Notes under the pieces: model-generated
The model's database searches: none
Told to the model about the DNA's origin: nothing
Seen by the model: only the letters and a program-made list of their open reading frames with translations
Translations under genes and position numbers: made by a program
Origin: an uncultured Iamiaceae bacterium
GTDB lineage: Bacteria; Actinomycetota; Acidimicrobiia; Acidimicrobiales; Acidimicrobilacustridaceae
NCBI GenBank assembly: GCA_963778895.1
Contig: CAVZVZ010000007.1
Coordinates: 68,413-132,412 of the forward strand
Length of the DNA stretch: 64,000 nucleotides
Reading direction: 5' to 3'
Part shown: in pieces, positions 58,401 through 64,000 of the stretch
Numbering within the stretch: position 1 is the first letter of the stretch
Layout: each line of letters starts with the position of its first letter

Positions 58401-61400
58401 CGATCAGCTACAGCAACGTGGGTAACCAGGGTGCGACGGGTGTGGTGCTGACCGAGACCGTGCCGGCCAACTCGACCTTCAATGCCGGGGCGTCGGCCGC
58501 CGGCTGGTCGTGTGTGGCGTCGACCTGCACGCTGAACCTCGGCGGCGTCGGCGCGGGGGCGAGTGGTTCGGTGGCCTTCGCGGTCACCGTGAACACGCCC
58601 CTCCCCGCGGGGGTCCAACAGATCGCCAACACGGTGACGATCGCCGACAACGGCCAGAACGGTCCGGATCCGACGCCGGGTAACAATACGGGGACGGATA
58701 CGACGCCGGTCACGGCGGCGCCTGATCTCACGGTGTCGAAGTCCGATGGTGGCGCGACGACGGTTCCGGGTGGCACGGTGGCGTACACGATCAACTACGG
58801 CAACGTCGGGAATCAGGGTGCGACGGGTGTGGTGTTGACGGAGACGATTCCGGCCAACTCGACGTTCAACGCCGGGGGCTCGACGGCGGGTTGGTCGTGC
58901 GGTGCGAGCACGTGCACGTTCACGGTGGGCTCGCTGAATGCGGGCGCGTCCGGTTCGGTGACCTTCGCCGTGACTGTCGTCAACCCGGTTCCGGCGGGTG
59001 TGACGCAACTCTCCAACACGGTCTCGATCGCCGACAACGGCCAGAACGGACCGGATCCGACGCCGGCGAACAACACGGGCACCGATACGACGCCGGTCAC
59101 GGCGGCGCCCGATCTCACGGTGTCGAAGTCCGATGGCGGCGTCTCCACGACCGTTCCGGGCGGCACGGTGGCGTACACGATCAGCTACGGCAACGTCGGG
59201 AACCAGGGTGCGACGGGTGTGGTGTTGACGGAGACGATTCCGGCCAACTCGACGTTCAACGCCGGGGGATCGACGGCGGGTTGGTCGTGCGGTGCGAGCA
59301 CCTGCACGTTCACCGTCGGCTCGCTGAACGCCGGTGCGTCCGGTTCGGTGACCTTCGCCGTGACGGTCGTGAACCCGGTCGCCGCCGGTGTGACCCAGCT
59401 CGCCAACACGGTCTCGATTGCCGACAATGGCCAGAACGGACCTGATCCGACGCCGGCGAACAACACGGGCACCGACACCACGCCAGTCCTTGCGACCCCC
59501 GACCTCACGGTCACCAAGAGCGACGGCGACGTCTCCACCACGCCCGGCGGCACCGTCGTCTACACGATCAGCTACAGCAACGTGGGTAACCAGGGTGCGA
59601 CGGGTGTGGTGCTGACCGAGACCGTGCCGGCCAACTCGACCTTCAATGCCGGGGCGTCGGCCGCCGGCTGGTCGTGTGTGGCGTCGACCTGCACGCTGAA
59701 CCTCGGCGGGGTGGCCGCGGGAGCGAATGGGTCGGTGGCCTTCGCCGTCACCGTCAACTCACCGCTACCCGCCGGCGTTCATCAAATCGCCAACACCGTG
59801 ACGATCGCCGATGATGGCCAGAACGGTGCCGATCCGACGCCGGGTGACAACACGGGCAGCGACACCACGCCCATCGTCGCAGTACCCGATCTCTCGGTGA
59901 CGAAGTCCGACGGCGGAGCGCAGGTCGCACCGGCGGGCACGGTCGCCTACACGATCAACTACGCGAACAACGGCTCGATCGGGGCCACCGGTGTGACGCT
60001 GACCGAGACGATCCCGGCGAACACCACCTTCGCGGCCGCATCGTCATCCGCCGGTTGGACCTGCGGCGCCAGCACGTGCTCGTACACCGTGGGCCCGCTC
60101 GCGGCGGGCGCGAGCGGCAGTGTCACCTTCGGGGTCCACGTCGGCTATCCGCTGGACCCCGGCACCGACCACGTGCACAACTCCGTGGCGATCACCGACG
60201 ACGGCACGAATGGCACCGATCCCGATCTGAGCGACAACACCGGTACCGACGACACGCCGGTGCTCGGCGCGACCGTCGGCGACACCGTGTTCTTCGACAG
60301 CAACGCCAACGACGCCCCGGACGCTGGTGAAGGCATCGCCGGTGCCACGGTGACGGTGACGTGGTCCGGCCCGAACGGCACGCTCGGCGACGGCGACGAC
60401 ATCGTCACGTCGACCACGACGGATGCCAACGGTCAGTGGTCGGTCACCGGACTCCCGACCGGTCTCGTCGGCGTCGCGGTCGTGCCGCCCATCAGTGGTG
60501 TGACGAACTCCGTGGATCCCGACGGCGGGAACGACGCCGCCAGCACTTTGACGCTCGCGCTCGGTGAAAGCCGGTTGGATCAGGACTTCGGCTTCGTCGG
60601 CACCGGCAGCATCGGCGACACGGTGTTCCTCGACCTCGACGGTGACGGCGTGCAAGATGCGGGCGAGCCTGGTGTGGCCGGCGTGACGGTGACATTGCTG
60701 CGCGACAACAACGACGACGGCACCTACGAGACCACGGTGGACAGCACGACCACCGACGGGTCAGGTCACTACAGCTTCGGTGCTCTGTACGCCGCGCCCT
60801 ACCGGGTCGTCGTCTCCGTTCCCGCGGGCTACGACAGCTCCTCGCCTACGCAGGTCGACCACGACCTCACCGCGGGCGAGTCCTTCGACGACGCAGACTT
60901 CGCGATCCTCGGCGCTTCGATAGGCGACCGCACCTGGAACGACCTCGACGGAAACGGCGTGCAGGATGCCGGCGAGCCGGGTCGGGCCGGCGTCACCGTC
61001 ACGTTGCTCGACGGTGACGGAGCCACGGTGGCCACCACGACGACCGACGCCGGCGGCGCGTACAGCTTCGACGGCTTGGCCGCGGGCAACTACGAGGTCC
61101 AGTTCGGCACCGTTGCCGGATCGGTGATCACGATCCCCGACGCCACCAGCGACGGCGCCGACTCCGACGCCGCGGTGAGCGACGGTCGGACCGGCACCTT
61201 CGCGGTCGCGGCGGGAGCCACAGTGACCAATGTCGACGCCGGGTACTACGCGACGAGCTCGCTCCAAGGTCTCGTGTTCGATGACCTCGACGGTGACGGC
61301 GCCCACGGAGCGGGTGAGCCCGGCCTTGCGAACGTGTCGATGACCCTGACCGGTACCGACGATCTCGGCACTGCCGTCTCGCTGTCGACCACCACAGATG

Positions 61401-63491
61401 CCAACGGCAACTACTCCTTCCCCGGGCTGCGCGCCGGTACATACACGGTCACCGAGGCGCAGCCGGCGGGCTACCTCGACGGTGACGACCACGCGGGAAC
61501 CGCGGGCGGAACGGTCACGAACGACGTCATCTCGGCCATCACGTTGGCGCCGGGGACTGACGCGTCGGGCTACACCTTCGCCGAGTTCCGCGCCGGCAGC
61601 ATCGGCGACACCGTCTTCAGCGATACCGACGGTGATGGCGTGCAGGATGTCGGCGAACCTGGTCTGGGTGGTGTCCTCGTCGCGCTCCTGCTCGACGCCG
61701 ATCACAACGGCAGCTACGAGACCACCGTCGATACGACGACCTCGGCGGGCACCGGCACATATGCCTTCGATGACCTTGCGCCCGGCGACTACCGCGTGGT
61801 CGTCGTCCCGCCGTCAGGTCAGACCGCGACCACACCGACGACGATCGACATCACGCTGGCCTCCGGCGACACACGCGACGACGCCGACTTCGGCTTCGAA
61901 CCGCCGGCGCCCCCCTCACCGGGTTCGATCGGCGACCGCGTGTGGAACGACACCGACGGCGACGGCGCACAAGATCCTGGCGAGGCGGGTGTCGCGGGAG
62001 CAACTGTGACGCTGCGTCTCGACGCCGACCACGACGGTAGCTATGAGACGGTGGCGGCGACGCAGCTCACCGCGGCCGATGGCTCGTACACCTTCGGCAA
62101 CCTTCCTCCCGGCTCCTACCAAGCCGTGGTCACGGAACCCGCGGGGATGAACGCCACCACGCCCACCTCTGTCGGGGTGGAGCTCAGCAGCGGTCAGATC
62201 GTGACCAGTGCGGACTTCGGTCTGCGCGCCACACCGCCGGCGCCGGGTTCGATCGGCGATCGCGTGTGGAGCGACACGGACGCCGACGGTGTGCAGGACG
62301 CGGGTGAGACCGGGCTGAGCGGTGTCACGGTCACCCTCCTCGAGGACACCGACGGCGACGGCACGTTCGAGTCCACGGTTGCGACGACCACCACGGCCGC
62401 GGACGGCAGCTACTCGTTCACCGACATGCCTCCCGGCGCGTATCGCGTGGTGGTCACACCCGCGGCAGGTACGAGCCCGTCCACGCCCACCATCGTCGAG
62501 GTGCCCCTCATCGCTGGTCAGAACGTCACCGACGCCGACTTCGGGCTCGCGCCCCAACCCCCGGCGCCGGGCTCGATCGGGGATCGTGTCTGGTCCGACA
62601 GCAATCACGACGGTGTGCAGGATGCGCGGCGAGGCGGGCATCAACGGCGTAACCGTGACCCTTCTCCGTGACGGGGACGGTGACGGGACCTACGAGACCA
62701 CCGTCGGTACCACGATCACGTCCGGCGACGGCAACTACTCGTTCCCCGACCTCGACCCGGGTCACTACCTGGTGGTCGTGACCCCTCCGAACGGCATGGC
62801 ACCGACGAGCCCGGGAGCGATCGCGGTCGTGATCGGTGCGGGTGACGACGTGACCGACGCCGATGTCGGGTTGGCGACACCCGCGGCGATTCCGTTCGAC
62901 CTGGCCTTGCAGAAGGACCTGCTCGATCCGCTGGTCGACGGGGGCACCGCGACGTGGCGTCTCACCGTTACCAACAACGGCATCGCCGACTCGCCGAGCC
63001 CGCTGACCGTGACCGATGTCCTTCCCACCGGCGTGACCTTCCTCTCCGTCGATGACGACGCGTGGTCCTGTGATGACAACGGTCCGATCGTGACCTGCAC
63101 GCTCGACGAGTCCCTCGCGCTCGGCGAATCGGTGACACTCGACGTGCTCACGGCGATCGATGCGGATCCGGGCACCGTGGTCGACAACGAAGCCTCGGTC
63201 GCGGCCGACGGTCCCGAGGTGACCCTCGAGAACAACAACGACGACGCCGCCGGCACTGTGGTGGCGCCGGAAGAACCGACGACGACCACGACGTCCACGA
63301 CGTCCACCACCTCGACCACATCCACGACCTCGACGACGCCGCCCACCACCGACGGTGATCCGACCACGACGACGACCACCGGCAGCCTCCCCGTCACGGG
63401 CTCGCCCACTGGTCTGCTCGCGATGATCGGCCTGGCGCTGCTGGGTGCCGGCGTGTTGCTGGTCGGGCTGCGCCGGCGGCTGGAGCGGTAG
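52437..63491 (+). pseudogene. giant LPXTG-anchored surface protein (~3,680 aa; DUF11 repeats plus SdrD-B/Cna-B-like repeats), three +1 frame changes as assembled
   Basis: Track pieces 52437..58208, 58226..62671 and 62322..63491 are collinear. GTG 52437 lies 8 nt after AGGAGG, and the signal peptide is ...SSPASA|G. The order is a ~530-aa N-terminal domain, 4 DUF11-type repeats, 2 GD(T/R)V(F/W).D....G.QD.GE.G repeats, 10 near-identical 129-aa repeats, 8 more SdrD-B-like repeats, 1 DUF11 repeat, a T/S stalk, then LPVTG plus a hydrophobic helix plus RRRLER. Confidence 0.85.
56384..60268 (+). repeat. Ten tandem ~387-bp (129-aa) coding repeats inside the giant surface-protein gene
   Basis: The equivalent P/I codon of the (A)PDL(T/S)V(S/T)K(S/T)DGG motif falls at 56391, 56784, 57171, 57558, 57945, 58334, 58721, 59108, 59498 and 59885. 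Units 2-9 are nearly identical at the nucleotide level. Confidence 0.9.
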
Positions 63492-63504
63492 GACGCGGCG
63501 GGCG

Positions 63505-64000
63505 TCAGTCGACGTAGTAGCGAGCGGCGTTCATGACCGCCGACACGTAGCCACCGCCGAACAACAGCACGTGCACCAACAGCGGATAGAGCTGATAGAG
63601 CGCGACTCGGTCACCGTGCCCTTCGGCCAGCGGGAACGCCTCGTCGTAGGCCGCGAACACCTTCGGCCCGAAGCCACCGAACAGGTGCATCATGGCCAAG
63701 TCCATCTCGCGGTGACCGCCGTACGCCGCCGGGTCGATGAGCCAGGGCTCGCCGCGCAGGCCGGCTAGCGCGTTGCCGTTCCAGAGATCGCCGTGGAGCC
63801 GGGCGGGCGGCTCGGCGGGGCCGACGAGCTCGGGGAGGCGATCGAAAAGCCGGTCGAACACGGACGCGGCATCGTCCGGCAACAGCTGCTTGGCGACGCG
63901 CGGCCTGAACCAGTGGTTCCAACCGCTCGACCCGGTAGAAACTCGCCCAGGTCGAGTGCGGCTTGTTCGACTGTGGGATGGTCGCGATGAAGTTGTCGCG
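63505..64000 (-). pseudogene. fructosamine/ketosamine kinase family protein (5' end outside window; one frame change)
   Basis: ORF 63505..63882 carries LHGDLWNGNAL...LIDPAAYGGHREMDLAMM. Upstream, ...IPQSNKPHSTWASFYRVERLEPLV continues in another frame, with the join at ~63905. Confidence 0.75.

Noticed and set aside
56384-60268. A regular 387-bp periodic repeat, which might suggest a CRISPR array or satellite
   Set aside because: The units are contiguous with no unique spacers. They are in-frame and encode a conserved 129-aa domain of the surface protein. No cas genes are present.
1-64000. Mobile elements, prophage, defence systems, rRNA/tRNA genes
   Set aside because: I found no transposase, integrase, recombinase, restriction, toxin-antitoxin or Cas-like ORFs. 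There are no terminal inverted repeats flanking a block and no tRNA-like T-loop/acceptor patterns outside coding sequence. The window reads as core or accessory metabolic chromosome.

Overview
This is a high-GC, actinobacterial-type chromosomal window. The lineage call rests on many F420-linked enzyme families, MurT/GatD, CYP125/CYP142-like P450s, an LPXTG surface protein and a C-rich-loop sRNA candidate. I support about 55 protein-coding genes and found no rRNA, tRNA, CRISPR array, transposase, integrase or phage genes. Layout: (i) 0-12 kb holds intact metabolic and regulatory genes: LLM oxidoreductase, DUF72, PfpI, cupin, an SDR-QueA-like-ArsR-PPOX operon, arylsulfatase+TetR, amidohydrolase and an MFS exporter. 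(ii) 12.1-20.9 kb is a complete kdp locus, kdpF-A-B-C-D-E, with an extra small membrane ORF and a stand-alone DUF4118 protein upstream. (iii) 21-24 kb holds a CYP125-like P450, an amidohydrolase, a TetR and a SHOCT protein. (iv) 24.3-28.8 kb holds YihY/BrkB, an NHL-repeat protein and a GH3 beta-glucosidase, all riddled with single-base frame changes. (v) 29-35 kb holds a His-rich membrane protein, an enoyl-CoA hydratase, a beta-propeller lipoprotein and a sigma/anti-sigma-like fusion. (vi) 35.4-39.5 kb is the most unusual block: MauE-like membrane protein, then a Tat-exported protein with a 26-cysteine MauA-like domain and five 104-aa repeats, then a MauD-like thioredoxin-fold protein, then a hypothetical. 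Its neighbours are an amine-dehydrogenase-family gene, a quinone oxidoreductase, a 2OG oxygenase and a formaldehyde-activating-enzyme (Fae) homologue. (vii) 43.5-52.3 kb holds an L,D-transpeptidase, GatD/MurT, an SGNH hydrolase, a CYP142-like P450, F420 enzymes and a TetR. (viii) 52.4-63.5 kb is one ~3,680-aa LPXTG surface protein with ten near-identical 387-bp repeats. Major caveat: from ~12.8 kb onward at least ~45 single-base frame changes, mostly +1 insertions, interrupt otherwise well-conserved genes. They are most likely assembly or sequencing indels rather than true pseudogenes. All family calls come from reading the translated ORFs by eye; no database search was possible.
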